The position numbers were made by a program, and so were the translations under genes. From positions 1 to 47,988 of IMG/VR virus record IMGVR_UViG_2579778786_000004: a DNA stretch of 47,988 bases; one strand, written 5' to 3'. Below are positions 19,357 to 29,298 of this stretch, piece after piece. The notes under the pieces were generated by a model. The model was not told the DNA's origin. It worked only from the letters and a program-made list of their open reading frames with translations, and searched no databases. Each line of letters begins with the position of its first letter. Position 1 is the first letter of the stretch. The stretch comes from a virus (taxonomy: Duplodnaviria; Heunggongvirae; Uroviricota; Caudoviricetes).

Positions 19357-19712
19357 CGGGTTTTCGCCACATTGAGAACAAGACGTGAGCCGCCATGGCT
19401 GTCCGGTTCGACGTTGGACACAACAAATAACTGATTGATGATCTGACCTCCGACCGTTTTGATAAACACACGGTCAGATACGGCAGGTTGCGGTTTACCC
19501 AACTGACGAAATTCAGCATCGCGCACCCCAAGCATTGGGCTGGAGGTGTTAATTTCTGAATCACCATCAAGATTTTCTGCAACCTGCGCATAGCCACGGT
19601 CAAAAATACCGTTAATCGTAAAAGGAGTACCGTTGCGGGGACGGTACTCATGCTCATCGCCAAACACGCCATGGAGCGGACTCAGAAGATGTAAATCCCA
19701 GTCCACGCCCAT
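19353..19712 (-). CDS. Head-tail joining protein (Mu gp36-like)
   Basis: 119 aa, overlapping stop/start with downstream gene. Confidence 0.5.
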   Translation of the reverse strand: MGVDWDLHLLSPLHGVFGDEHEYRPRNGTPFTINGIFDRGYAQVAENLDGDSEINTSSPMLGVRDAEFRQLGKPQPAVSDRVFIKTVGGQIINQLFVVSNVEPDSHGGSRLVLNVAKTR

Positions 19713-19716
19713 ATGC

Positions 19717-20094
19717 TCACTCCGTTGTTATTTTCACACCACGCGCAGCAGATAACGCGCGCTGTCGCAGAGCATGGACATCGGCAATTACACCTGCGGC
19801 CAGCAGACGCTCGGCATCCTTACCGGAGACCGGAATTAGGGAGTTTTCCCGGTAAACCTCACCGTCATGGCGAATGCAGTTCCCTTTCAGGACCACAAAC
19901 TCAGGTTCCGCTACTTCCTGAAAATCTTCTTCATCGTCATCCTGATCATCAGATGAATCGCCGTCTTTTTCGTCATGCTGTTGCGTCATCTGAACGCTGC
20001 CGCCGGCATTCAGGTCGTCGATATTCAGGGCGTCTTCGGTGGCGCCTTCCGCATTCAGATCATCGACCTGCTCGGTTTTAGAGATTTTTGCCAT
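19717..20094 (-). CDS. Acidic hypothetical head-associated protein
   Basis: 125 aa with an Asp/Glu-rich stretch, directly downstream of the major capsid gene. Confidence 0.45.
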   Translation of the reverse strand: MAKISKTEQVDDLNAEGATEDALNIDDLNAGGSVQMTQQHDEKDGDSSDDQDDDEEDFQEVAEPEFVVLKGNCIRHDGEVYRENSLIPVSGKDAERLLAAGVIADVHALRQRALSAARGVKITTE

Positions 20095-20095
20095 A

Positions 20096-21145
20096 TCAGA
20101 CCACCGTCGCGCAGAGGGATGCGTTTACCCGGCTCGGAATAACCAGCGGGGAGGATTGCATTAGGATAAGACGCTGGGCCGGATCTTCTTTCACCCAGGA
20201 TTTTGGCGCATAGGCCAGGGGACCGTAGTTAAATGCCGGGTCCAGGATAACGCCAAAAGCGCGGGTACCCATCAGATCAGCGCCAGACATAATAACGGCG
20301 CCGTCGGGGATCATCGGCTTCTCGACATTATCAAGTGGGTCAATAAACCAGTCGTTATATAACCAGAGGTCAAAGTTACCCCAGCGACCTTTATAAATAG
20401 CGCCCTTCATCGCCTGTGGACCAGCATTAATCTGGTTACCAAACGGGCTCAGCGCCGGGAACGTGATGGCGTTATCTTTGATGGTGGTATCCAGTCGGAA
20501 AGCACGCCATGACTTGCTTGTGAACACCAGATCTGTCGCGACGGAACCGGATTCTTTCAGGAAAAGCGTCTGCCAGGTTTCAATATCATCAGAGGGCTGG
20601 GTATTAGTGGCACCCGCGGCAACCTTCAACGGCCACTTATCTGAACCACTCAGAGTGATAGTCAAATCCGGAGAGCGCCCGAAATCCACCACTTTGGTTT
20701 CATAGCCTTCCCCGGCAACCGTGACGGTACCGGACACCAGAGCGCTGGCCGCCATCCATTCCAGCCGACGGTTGATCATGTCAATCTGATCAGTCATCTC
20801 AAACTGCAGGTTCAACATTTCGCGTTCTGCGGCGGTATATTCACCGCCAATACGCTCACCAATCTGGCGGCGGATAGGTTTACGCAGGTCCGGCGCCCGC
20901 TTGTCTTTGATGTACGCCGGTTTGAACGTATTGGTCTGGTATTTACGGGACTCGACCAGCTTACCTTCCACCAGCGGGGAGACGAATGGCGCCATACGAC
21001 GCAGGCCGACATCCACGTCAATCGCTACTTCTTCGGTCTCATAAGTCACGACGTTCGGGAAGAAGCGATCAAGCAGCCAGTTCTGACTGGTTTTCAGGTT
21101 AGGAACGACCTGCACCAGCACACTGGTATCATAAATATTTTCCAT
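20096..21145 (-). CDS. Major capsid protein (lambda gpE-like)
   Basis: 349 aa, size and position (after decoration gene) as in lambda. Confidence 0.8.
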   Translation of the reverse strand: MENIYDTSVLVQVVPNLKTSQNWLLDRFFPNVVTYETEEVAIDVDVGLRRMAPFVSPLVEGKLVESRKYQTNTFKPAYIKDKRAPDLRKPIRRQIGERIGGEYTAAEREMLNLQFEMTDQIDMINRRLEWMAASALVSGTVTVAGEGYETKVVDFGRSPDLTITLSGSDKWPLKVAAGATNTQPSDDIETWQTLFLKESGSVATDLVFTSKSWRAFRLDTTIKDNAITFPALSPFGNQINAGPQAMKGAIYKGRWGNFDLWLYNDWFIDPLDNVEKPMIPDGAVIMSGADLMGTRAFGVILDPAFNYGPLAYAPKSWVKEDPAQRLILMQSSPLVIPSRVNASLCATVV

Positions 21146-21243
21146 ATTCAGTCTCTTGATAATGCCAGCTAGACGCTGGCATAAATTTTAAATAGGTCAG
21201 CGCCTGCCGGTTAAAGCATTCGCCAGGATAAATGAGGGATAAA

Positions 21244-21651
21244 TCAGGAGGTGGTTAAAGGTGCCTTGGCGCTGTCTTTCAGGAAGATGGCCAGCGGACG
21301 TAGTGCTGTTTTCAGTTCCTGCGCAGTCCAGGAATCGTCAAAAATAATATGATTCTGGTTGAACTCGCCCATCAGGTACAGGCCGCCGGACTGATCGCCA
21401 TTGGTGGAAGCGTCAACATCATCAACCAGAATGGCCACTGGCTTCTCGCTACCATCCGTTGCGGTTTTCACACTGGATGTATATTTGCCACTGGCGGTGA
21501 TCATGCCAAGCACAGTGCCACGCTTATACACACCGCCGGTGATCGTGCCGGTGTCAGTGACCAGTTGCAGCGTACCGGCAATTAACTGATCCGGCACAAA
21601 CACTGAACTCTTCATGCCAGGTGCAAAGGCATTCTGACCAAATTGATCCAT
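21244..21651 (-). CDS. Head decoration protein (lambda gpD-like)
   Basis: 135 aa between scaffold and capsid genes. Confidence 0.65.
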   Translation of the reverse strand: MDQFGQNAFAPGMKSSVFVPDQLIAGTLQLVTDTGTITGGVYKRGTVLGMITASGKYTSSVKTATDGSEKPVAILVDDVDASTNGDQSGGLYLMGEFNQNHIIFDDSWTAQELKTALRPLAIFLKDSAKAPLTTS

Positions 21652-22241
21652 TATTTCTCTCCTTTAATGGAGTTGTAGAGGCCGGTCATCTGGTTTACCA
21701 GTGCCGATTTACCGTTCTCTTTCTTGCCGCCATCCGGATTCAGACGGACATTATAGCTTTCCTGCATGCGCTGATCGAGAGAGCGCCCGCGCGTTGCCTT
21801 TGGTTGCAAGGCTGGCGCCGTGGATGCCAGAACATCGATAGCGGCGGCAGAGCTCATCCCGGTATTGAATGCGAGTGAAGCGGCCAGTGACGGATTCGCC
21901 GCAGCGTGCTTACTGCCGAAGATACGGGCGCAACGTTTACGCTCGGCGGCGCGGGCATTTTTCACCGCTTTGCTTTCTTTGCGGTCATCGTCGCCGTCAT
22001 CTTCGGAATCGTCATCGTCTTCAGCCGCATCCGGGTCGTCACCGTCATCTTCAGCGTCATCATCACGATCGTCGTTTTCCGCGTCATCTTCGCGTTCATC
22101 GTCCCCGGCATCATCTTCGCGCTCATCCTCTTCCGCGCGACGGCCTTTCGCTTTTTTGGCCTTTTTGTCCTCTTCCTCTTCGGAAGCAGTCGCGCCACGG
22201 CCAATAAGATGAGCAAAACTAAAAGTCTTTTTCTTCGCCAT
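21651..22241 (-). CDS. Capsid scaffolding protein with extremely acidic repeat region (Nu3-like position); ORF track gives a longer ORF to 22325
   Basis: Start MAKKKTFSF at 22241 with RBS AGGAG; long run of D/E-rich repeats; sits after the protease gene. Confidence 0.5.
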   Translation of the reverse strand: MAKKKTFSFAHLIGRGATASEEEEDKKAKKAKGRRAEEDEREDDAGDDEREDDAENDDRDDDAEDDGDDPDAAEDDDDSEDDGDDDRKESKAVKNARAAERKRCARIFGSKHAAANPSLAASLAFNTGMSSAAAIDVLASTAPALQPKATRGRSLDQRMQESYNVRLNPDGGKKENGKSALVNQMTGLYNSIKGEK

Positions 22242-22242
22242 T

Positions 22243-23109
22243 TCAGGCTCCTGTTTTTTCAAGTAAGTTTCTGAACGCAGCATCAGGAGGACACACCTCA
22301 TCAGCCAGTCCAAGTTCCACACCATCAGCAGCCATAAAACAGGCAGCCTGAGTACTTTTGATAACCTTTGCGCTAATCCCCCGATTTCTGGCGACGGTAT
22401 TCACAAACAATTCGCCCATGGTGTTGATGTCCTGCTGAATAGCCGCCAGCGCTTCATCTGACAGCTCTCTCAGCGGTGACCCCTCAGCCTTACGGGAACC
22501 GTAGGTGATGATGGTGACTTTGAGGCCGTCATCTTTTATCCGCTGGGTCCAGTCAAGGTGCATAGTGATCACACCAACTGAACCCACACCACCGGTTCGG
22601 GGAACAGAAATCCGGTCCGCCGCACTGGCAATCGCATAGGCGGCGGAATAGGCGCTTTCCGTCAGAATGGCATGGATGGGCTTTTTCCCGCGGGCGCCAT
22701 AAATGACATCTACCAGATCGAAACATCCGGCGACCTCGCCTCCTGGCGAATCAATATCCAGGCAGATCCCTGTAATATCGGGGTCTTCCATAGCAGTCAG
22801 GAAGGCCTGACGAATGCCGTCATAGCCTGTCATGCCACTGTATGGGCGCAGACTACCCAGCTTCTGCACCAGGGTCCCACATATCGGGATGACAGCGACG
22901 CCCAACACATTGTCATAACCCGGGTCGCTACGGGATTCCCGCCCCCGGTTATCGTCGTATCCATACCAGTCATCATCCATGGCAAGAGAGGATTCGATTT
23001 TACTGATGCCAAACCGGTCCATAACGGATGCCATGATGACTTCAGCTTTACTTGGGTGCAGCGCCAGCGGTGTATTAAAAAGGCGCTGGGCCAGATGAGG
23101 TAGATTCAT
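22243..23109 (-). CDS. Head maturation protease, S49 (SppA/ClpP-like) family
   Basis: 288 aa; directly downstream of portal gene as lambda gpC. Confidence 0.75.
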   Translation of the reverse strand: MNLPHLAQRLFNTPLALHPSKAEVIMASVMDRFGISKIESSLAMDDDWYGYDDNRGRESRSDPGYDNVLGVAVIPICGTLVQKLGSLRPYSGMTGYDGIRQAFLTAMEDPDITGICLDIDSPGGEVAGCFDLVDVIYGARGKKPIHAILTESAYSAAYAIASAADRISVPRTGGVGSVGVITMHLDWTQRIKDDGLKVTIITYGSRKAEGSPLRELSDEALAAIQQDINTMGELFVNTVARNRGISAKVIKSTQAACFMAADGVELGLADEVCPPDAAFRNLLEKTGA

Positions 23110-24740
23110 TTTTCCTCCGGATCGGTAATTGTCTGGCTGGCGAACTGGTCCGCCTGCGCCCAGCTAGGTAATGGAAGTCCGCGCTTCAGGCAGGACTCAA
23201 TTTCCCGCTGGCGCTGATCAAGTATCTCTTCCCAGTCCTCACCCACGTTTTCACCCACTTCAATTTCGAGAGTGGAAAGGCCGGCATCGAGGCCGAGAAT
23301 GGCGCCTTTTTTCTCTGCCACCGGATCAACCCATCCTCGCCCCGGCCCCATCCAGCGCGCACGGGAATACGCTGCCCGGGCATCAACAAAATCAGGGGCA
23401 TCATTAGGTAGAGGTAAATCCTCGTTATCGTGAACTTCCTCCACAAAGGCCGTCAGAAGCGGCTGAGCGGTACCCATGGAAAAATCATCACGTCGGCGGG
23501 TGAGCGTTTTCCATGCCTCCAGCAAGGAAGATCGCGCAGAGCTGTAATTCACATCAGACCAGTCCTGTGTAACCTGCTGAGGAGATAACCCCGTACCGGA
23601 TGAGAAATTACGCAATACTGCAGACTCGAAAACCTCAAAGTTGCTGTAAGGGCGGGCAGCGTTGACCGTTGTTATTTTCTCCCCTGGATAAAGGATCGGC
23701 ATACGGGCGCCGTTCTGCAGCGTCAAACGGCGATCATTATGAAACTCTGCGCGACCATCCTGGTATGCTCCCAATCCCTCTTCGAAGTTTTCCCCCAGCG
23801 CGGACTGGATCATTTCGGGATCGTATGGAGACTCAATATACGCGGCGAAGATAGCATTCAGAATTGCTGCTTCCAGCTCGCTCTGGTCGTACTTCACCAG
23901 CATCTTCAGACGTTGCACTACTGGAGTCAGAATGCCATTCCCCCGATGCTGAGCTCCACGCTCATGGTCAAAGTCGTGCACAACGTGCGGGCGCCCCCAT
24001 GCGGTTTCGCGCGGGATTCGTCGCCATGTCATTGTTTTGGCGCCACTCCACCAGTCACCGATATGTGCTTCACGTATGTGATAAGCCACAGGTGCGCCGT
24101 CAGCATCAATTTCAACGCCGCCGCGGATATTCGGCATATCAAAATTCTGCTGCGGGTTACTGAGTCTGTCGGGATCAACAACCTGCACCGTCGTGGCATA
24201 ACGCCCCTTACCTGGTCCAAGGCGATCGGTGCGATACTGAAGCACCATCAGGGCATCGCCATCAATCAGCTTGTGGCGAAAGGCCAGACGCAACATTTGT
24301 GGAACGGTTAGCTTGCGCTCAACGTCACAATAACGGCCTGGGTCGTATGCCCAGGTTCTCCAGTGGGAAGCGAGTGCTTTTCCGTACTCTTCCGCCCATA
24401 CTGCGTCAAAACTTTTATTACCTGTCATCATCCGTAATACACGATAGTCAGGCTTCATGATCGGACGGAAATTGGCGCCGACCGCATTATCAAGCAGGCG
24501 AGTTATGGCACCATTGGCCCATCCATCATTTCGGACCAGATCCCGCGCACGGGAAACTATACGGTCACGATAGATATTAATTTCGTTATCCGGTGACCAT
24601 AGTGCGGGCTGCCAGTTCGCCAGTTGATCGCTGAAGGAATCCGCGGCGTCATATGGCACCCGGCTACCGCCCGTCAACATGCTGGGTTTTGGTGCCTGAT
24701 AAGGTCTCCCGTCAGGACCAAGGATTTGCACTTTATTCAT
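23106..24740 (-). CDS. Portal protein (lambda gpB-like)
   Basis: 544 aa; size and position after gpW-like gene. Confidence 0.8.
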   Translation of the reverse strand: MNKVQILGPDGRPYQAPKPSMLTGGSRVPYDAADSFSDQLANWQPALWSPDNEINIYRDRIVSRARDLVRNDGWANGAITRLLDNAVGANFRPIMKPDYRVLRMMTGNKSFDAVWAEEYGKALASHWRTWAYDPGRYCDVERKLTVPQMLRLAFRHKLIDGDALMVLQYRTDRLGPGKGRYATTVQVVDPDRLSNPQQNFDMPNIRGGVEIDADGAPVAYHIREAHIGDWWSGAKTMTWRRIPRETAWGRPHVVHDFDHERGAQHRGNGILTPVVQRLKMLVKYDQSELEAAILNAIFAAYIESPYDPEMIQSALGENFEEGLGAYQDGRAEFHNDRRLTLQNGARMPILYPGEKITTVNAARPYSNFEVFESAVLRNFSSGTGLSPQQVTQDWSDVNYSSARSSLLEAWKTLTRRRDDFSMGTAQPLLTAFVEEVHDNEDLPLPNDAPDFVDARAAYSRARWMGPGRGWVDPVAEKKGAILGLDAGLSTLEIEVGENVGEDWEEILDQRQREIESCLKRGLPLPSWAQADQFASQTITDPEEK

Positions 24741-25003
24741 CAGAATCTGAACCTCACTGGCTTCCGTGGCCTGGCGACAATTCCCAGTTGCGCCTGCAGC
24801 AACTGAATCAGCGCCAGCAGGTCGGCGAGAGAGCTTTGCTGATAGGAGACAGAGCGCGTCCCATCACCCTGCGTATAGGAGAATGAGACGCCACGGCTGC
24901 CGGTAGTCAGGTCGATATAAGCCTGCTGCGCTTTCTGCAGAGCGTCTCTGAGCTGCTCATCAGTCATCCCACCAGCAAGTAAGCTCGTGTTTCGGTTAAA
25001 CAT
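24740..25003 (-). CDS. Head-tail joining protein gpW-like
   Basis: 87 aa; C-terminal sequence closely resembles lambda gpW as recalled. Confidence 0.7.
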   Translation of the reverse strand: MFNRNTSLLAGGMTDEQLRDALQKAQQAYIDLTTGSRGVSFSYTQGDGTRSVSYQQSSLADLLALIQLLQAQLGIVARPRKPVRFRF

Positions 25004-25011
25004 GGTTTTCC

Positions 25012-27144
25012 TTATTGCGGCAGGAGTTTAGAAATGTTCTTACGCTTAACAGGAGCCATAGCCTCATCCACGATGGCACCCGGTAATTCGTAATTGATTT
25101 TTTCTTCTGGCTCGGCTGGCGCCGGCAGGAACTTATCGGGATCGGCCTGAAGGTTAGCGGCCCGAACATTGAGTTTTAATCCCATATGTTTCAGCCCACA
25201 CAACGCGGCATAGCTGTAAACGAGGCAGTCGAGTGCTTCGTTCGCCCGTCCGGGGATAGGCTCCCAGACACTGAATCGCTGACCGGCCACCACTTTATAA
25301 ACCAGTCGCTCGGCCAGCAGCTGGTTGAAATATCCGAGGTCACGATCATCCGGGAAGTGCATATAGCCCGCACCGGCAGTACCTAAAGCTGGCGGTTCAA
25401 GATGCAGACGACCACGGATAACATCTTTCGCAGAGTTCACGCCAAGTATAATTGGCCTGAAGCTGGCTTTACTTTTCGATGTCGGTCGCTTGGTTGGCCA
25501 GACGGGGTTGCGTTTCCCACCCTGCGCAGATTCGCCCTTGATAGCCCAGACGCGGCGCCCAAGGCGATCTTTGCAGAACTCATAAACCTTTTGCGTGTGG
25601 TGACCGCCGGAGTCCATACATGCAGCCAGAATATTCAGCCCTCGCCCGTCGCCGCGTCGCCATATCTGTTTCAGGTACGCATCGAGGCGCTTCCAGGGTT
25701 CCTCAGTCTCCAGATCGCCATAAATGACGTCATGCGCAACTGACCACGATTCCTCGTCCCGCCCCCAGCCAGTGATCGTGATTTCGAATCGGTCATCCTG
25801 GGTATCGACGCCCGCAGTTAACAATGCCACGCCATCAGGAACGACGGCCGGGAAGACTTCACGGCGCGCCAGCAGGACATCAACCGGGAGCTGTTTCCCG
25901 TGGTTAGGCCGGTGCGGCAACCCCATCTGGGTGTTCCACCAGGCCTGTTCCTTATCCGGATCCCCTTTCGCATCGAGGTATTTCTTTGCAATGTCCGATG
26001 GCTTGTCTTTTTGCCAGGGACTGAAGAGTTTTGACGCCTGGTACCCGGCGTGGTGATTATCCAGCGCCTCAGCCCCGCAGTCCGGGCAAATCGCCCGGTA
26101 TACGGCATGCCGTTCCGACTCTGACCAGCGCCAGACGGCATCAACACTGCCCTCGTCTCCTTCATGCCATTTCTGGTCGTATTCCATTAATGGTGAATGG
26201 CGGGAACCACAACATTCAAACGGTTTGGTCTGATGCCAGCGGATTGTCTGTAATGCCCGCAGACGCTCACCCTCTGACCAGCCAGCACCACAACATTCAC
26301 AATGGATCATGGCCGCTTTGGTCAGGTGCTTATCACCTTCTTTTGGCCATTGAACATGTTTGAAGAAATCAAGGAACTGTCGGTGCCCGCAATGGGGGCA
26401 AACTACAGAGGCCCGCCGCTGATCTGAATCTTCGTAACTGTCAGCAATCCGGCTTTCATCTTCGATCGTCGGCGAGCAAGCCCGCACAGACAGCCAGTTA
26501 AGGCCAAATGTGGCGGTTCGCTCTTCCGCCAGAGCAATGGGATCGCCCTCGCGGGTAATCGGGTATTTATCCACCTCATCTGCCAGCAGAACACGGATCG
26601 GACGGCGCGCAAGGTTATCTGGACTACCGGCGCCGGCCAACGCCAGAAATCCGCCCGTGAAGGCTTTATACAGAATGGTTTCTTTCGAACTCTTCTGCTT
26701 TGAGTCACCTATGATGTTACGCAGGACAGGAGTTACGCGAACCAACGGGCTGATTCGCTCTTTGGAAAACTGCTCGGCGGCTTCTTCCTTCGGCTGCAGG
26801 AGCAAAATCGGGCATGGATCGAGGTGCGCGAAATAACCAAACAGGTTTTCCAGTAGCGCGGTTTTCATTAACTGGGTACAGCACATCACGGTGATAATGT
26901 GGACGCCCGATTCCGTCGCGGCCAGCATAGGACCGCGGGCAATTTCAACCGTTGATGTTTCCCAGTTCCCGGAGGTACTGCCAGCTTCTTTCGCCAGCTT
27001 CCGGTAGTCATCGGCCCATTGAGGGACGCTGATACGTGGTGGTGGTGTCCACCCTTTCCGGACACTCAGTTGAAGACGCTCAATCTTCCGCTGGGTTAAA
27101 CTCTGGTTCTCCGAGGACTGAGATATGTTTGTGGACATGTTCAA
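25012..27144 (-). CDS. Terminase large subunit (lambda gpA-like)
   Basis: 710 aa with ATPase and nuclease regions; precedes gpW/portal. Confidence 0.85.
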   Translation of the reverse strand: MNMSTNISQSSENQSLTQRKIERLQLSVRKGWTPPPRISVPQWADDYRKLAKEAGSTSGNWETSTVEIARGPMLAATESGVHIITVMCCTQLMKTALLENLFGYFAHLDPCPILLLQPKEEAAEQFSKERISPLVRVTPVLRNIIGDSKQKSSKETILYKAFTGGFLALAGAGSPDNLARRPIRVLLADEVDKYPITREGDPIALAEERTATFGLNWLSVRACSPTIEDESRIADSYEDSDQRRASVVCPHCGHRQFLDFFKHVQWPKEGDKHLTKAAMIHCECCGAGWSEGERLRALQTIRWHQTKPFECCGSRHSPLMEYDQKWHEGDEGSVDAVWRWSESERHAVYRAICPDCGAEALDNHHAGYQASKLFSPWQKDKPSDIAKKYLDAKGDPDKEQAWWNTQMGLPHRPNHGKQLPVDVLLARREVFPAVVPDGVALLTAGVDTQDDRFEITITGWGRDEESWSVAHDVIYGDLETEEPWKRLDAYLKQIWRRGDGRGLNILAACMDSGGHHTQKVYEFCKDRLGRRVWAIKGESAQGGKRNPVWPTKRPTSKSKASFRPIILGVNSAKDVIRGRLHLEPPALGTAGAGYMHFPDDRDLGYFNQLLAERLVYKVVAGQRFSVWEPIPGRANEALDCLVYSYAALCGLKHMGLKLNVRAANLQADPDKFLPAPAEPEEKINYELPGAIVDEAMAPVKRKNISKLLPQ

Positions 27145-27643
27145 TCAGCACCTCTGTCATCCTGTCCGCCGGCACATTCAGATCGGCGGCTATCAGCGGT
27201 GCCACGCGTGAAGGCCAGTTCAGCCAGGCATCACGCTGCTGGCGAAAGGCGTTAAACAGAACCTCCTCGGCGATGGCCAATTCAATTGTCTGGCCGCTGT
27301 CTTTTTCATACTGGAGCTTTGCCTGCATGGCCATGTAATTTTCACGGATCCGCGCGGCCTCTTCCCTGGAAAGGGCTGCACCTTCTGTAAGCATTATCTG
27401 GCGAACGGTTTCATCAATTTCATCGTCGCCATCATTCCGGGGTGCTGGGGCTTTTTTCTTCTTCGCGTTTGATGCCCGCGGATCTTTTCCATCACGGTTT
27501 TTCTTCAGCGCGGCATCGCTCGCCTCAACATCAATCAGGTCGCCATCCATGACGATAAACCGACCAGCCTTGATCCATCGGCCAATAGTCTTGCGATCGA
27601 CGCCTGAATGTTGCGCGTACTGACTCTGGTTCATCGTGGTCAT
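27080..27643 (-). CDS. Terminase small subunit (HTH DNA-binding)
   Basis: 187 aa, N-terminal HTH-like segment (RKTIGRWIKAG), overlaps the large subunit start, lies next to the cos-like repeat array. Confidence 0.6.
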   Translation of the reverse strand: MTTMNQSQYAQHSGVDRKTIGRWIKAGRFIVMDGDLIDVEASDAALKKNRDGKDPRASNAKKKKAPAPRNDGDDEIDETVRQIMLTEGAALSREEAARIRENYMAMQAKLQYEKDSGQTIELAIAEEVLFNAFRQQRDAWLNWPSRVAPLIAADLNVPADRMTEVLIEHVHKHISVLGEPEFNPAED

Positions 27644-27790
27644 GGGACATCACCTGGGACATTTTTGGGGTGGGACATTTACCTGGGACATTTTTTCAAT
27701 GTCCCACACGAATGTCCCACTGGAATAAATGGAATAATCCGTGCTGGCTCTGGCGTGGCTGGCGATCCCTTGGGGTGGGACATGGGACAC
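27641..27790. repeat. cos / terminase-binding region: array of direct and inverted GGGACAT repeats
   Basis: At least six direct TGGGACA(T/C) copies and two inverted ATGTCCCA copies immediately upstream of the small terminase start. Confidence 0.55.
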
Positions 27791-27890
27791 AAAATAAAAG
27801 TTTGTAGCTAGGAAAACACTGCGGCGCGCAATGCCCGTGCTTTACAAAAGTCTCAGGAAGGACCCAAACCCTATGGGGTAGGTATTCAGG

Positions 27891-28529
27891 TCATTTTGCC
27901 GTTCGAATCGCTTCCTCAATCGCCCTACTCAGCGCGCCGGGCATTAAGCCGGCTGCCATTGATCGTGAGCGGTTCATGTAGTCAAGCGTAGGCGTAACAG
28001 GTAGAGCATCACCAAACCTCACCAGCAGCTTAGGAGCACGCTGTTTCCGCTTTGGTCTGCGCGTACCATTCGCTGAGCGCCGGGCTCGTTTCTTTTTCGC
28101 CTTCTTCGGTTTACGCCTCTGCCAGACAGCATCAACACCATTGACCTCACCTACGAACACATTCGGCTTCGCTTTCAACTGCGACAGCTTATTTCGCGGC
28201 ATGTTGCCGTATTTGTTCAGTTTGATGTTCTTTGGATTGAGCAGCGCCTGGCTGTTCAGTTTATGTTCACCACCAAATTCAAAGGGTTCGAGATATTCAG
28301 CGGCGACATCGCGCACAAAGACTTTTGCGCGGAGGTTGTTCTTTCTGGCGCCAGCAGAGCCCACTGAGTTGACGGTGAACGGCGTCGGCGATTCCAGTTT
28401 TCGCCCCAGTGCCACCTTTTGCGCTGCGGCGATATCCCTTACTACCGATGTCATGGCTTGCGCCGTGGCGAAAGGGATTTGCTTCTGCAGCTGCTTTAGC
28501 TGCCGGGATAAATCCTTAAGCGTTGACAT
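27891..28529 (-). CDS. Hypothetical basic phage protein (likely start MSTLKDL at 28529, RBS GGAGGAAA)
   Basis: ORF with Lys/Arg-rich segment; between Rha-like gene and cos. Confidence 0.5.
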   Translation of the reverse strand: MSTLKDLSRQLKQLQKQIPFATAQAMTSVVRDIAAAQKVALGRKLESPTPFTVNSVGSAGARKNNLRAKVFVRDVAAEYLEPFEFGGEHKLNSQALLNPKNIKLNKYGNMPRNKLSQLKAKPNVFVGEVNGVDAVWQRRKPKKAKKKRARRSANGTRRPKRKQRAPKLLVRFGDALPVTPTLDYMNRSRSMAAGLMPGALSRAIEEAIRTAK

Positions 28530-28581
28530 GGTTTCCTCCAACATTATCGAGCCACCTCTGGAAGTGGCTCTGTAATGTCGA

Positions 28582-29136
28582 TCAGCCAATCAGCAGTTCT
28601 GGCTGCGTCACCTGCATGATGTGCTCATGCTCGAGCTCCAGAACGCGCTTCTCTTTCTTCCGCTCGTTCATCAACCGGCTGCCGATTGTGCCTTTCAGCT
28701 TTGAGCGCGTTTCTTTGATGGCGTAGCGATGCTGCAATTCTTCACCCATCGCCATGCGCCGGTTTAGCTGCTCGGCCATCCAGTTGAAGGCATTGATGTA
28801 ACACTCCTTCACTGCGGCAGCTGTTTTGCCAGTGAATCCCATCACTAGCATCATGCATCCGTCGCGGGTGATGTTATACATAGGCTGAACATCGCCATTT
28901 TTATCAATGAAATCAATGGGCGCAAAATTGCGCTGGGTGAAGTCATCGGAGCATTTCAGGTTACGTATGGCACGCAAAACGTCTTTGTGTCGCTTGCCAA
29001 AGTAATCCGCCACCTTGAGTGATGTGGTGATTATCTTGTTGTCGAGGGTCGTGACCATTTCGCGGAAGTCGAAGGCCGGAATAACTGACGGATTATTCAT
29101 AGCGTCTTTACCTTTTAGAAAGTGAGCCTGTCTCAC
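28582..29136 (-). CDS. Rha-family phage regulatory protein (possible start at 29100)
   Basis: N-terminal ...TTSLKVADYFGKRHKDVLRAI... matches Rha family signature. Confidence 0.6.
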   Translation of the reverse strand: MRQAHFLKGKDAMNNPSVIPAFDFREMVTTLDNKIITTSLKVADYFGKRHKDVLRAIRNLKCSDDFTQRNFAPIDFIDKNGDVQPMYNITRDGCMMLVMGFTGKTAAAVKECYINAFNWMAEQLNRRMAMGEELQHRYAIKETRSKLKGTIGSRLMNERKKEKRVLELEHEHIMQVTQPELLIG

Positions 29137-29298
29137 AGAAAAGCCGCCCGAGAGAGGTCGCCACCTATAACGGCATTTCTCAGGCTCGCTTACTGAAAGG
29201 CTCTCGTTAATATGCGCGTGAGATGCGCATTTACTGCGGACATAAAAAAGCCCCGCATCGCGAGGCTCATTAAATGGACTTTGTGATTTGCAAAAAAA

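Noticed and set aside
21820-22274. Three overlapping + strand ORFs rich in Ser, Arg and His
   Set aside because: They are antisense to the acidic repeat of the scaffold gene; low-complexity artefacts without start signals.
27641-27790. Short direct repeats resembling a CRISPR array
   Set aside because: The repeats are 8-mers with irregular spacing and inverted copies, with no 28-37 bp repeat/spacer periodicity and no cas genes; they fit terminase binding sites at cos.
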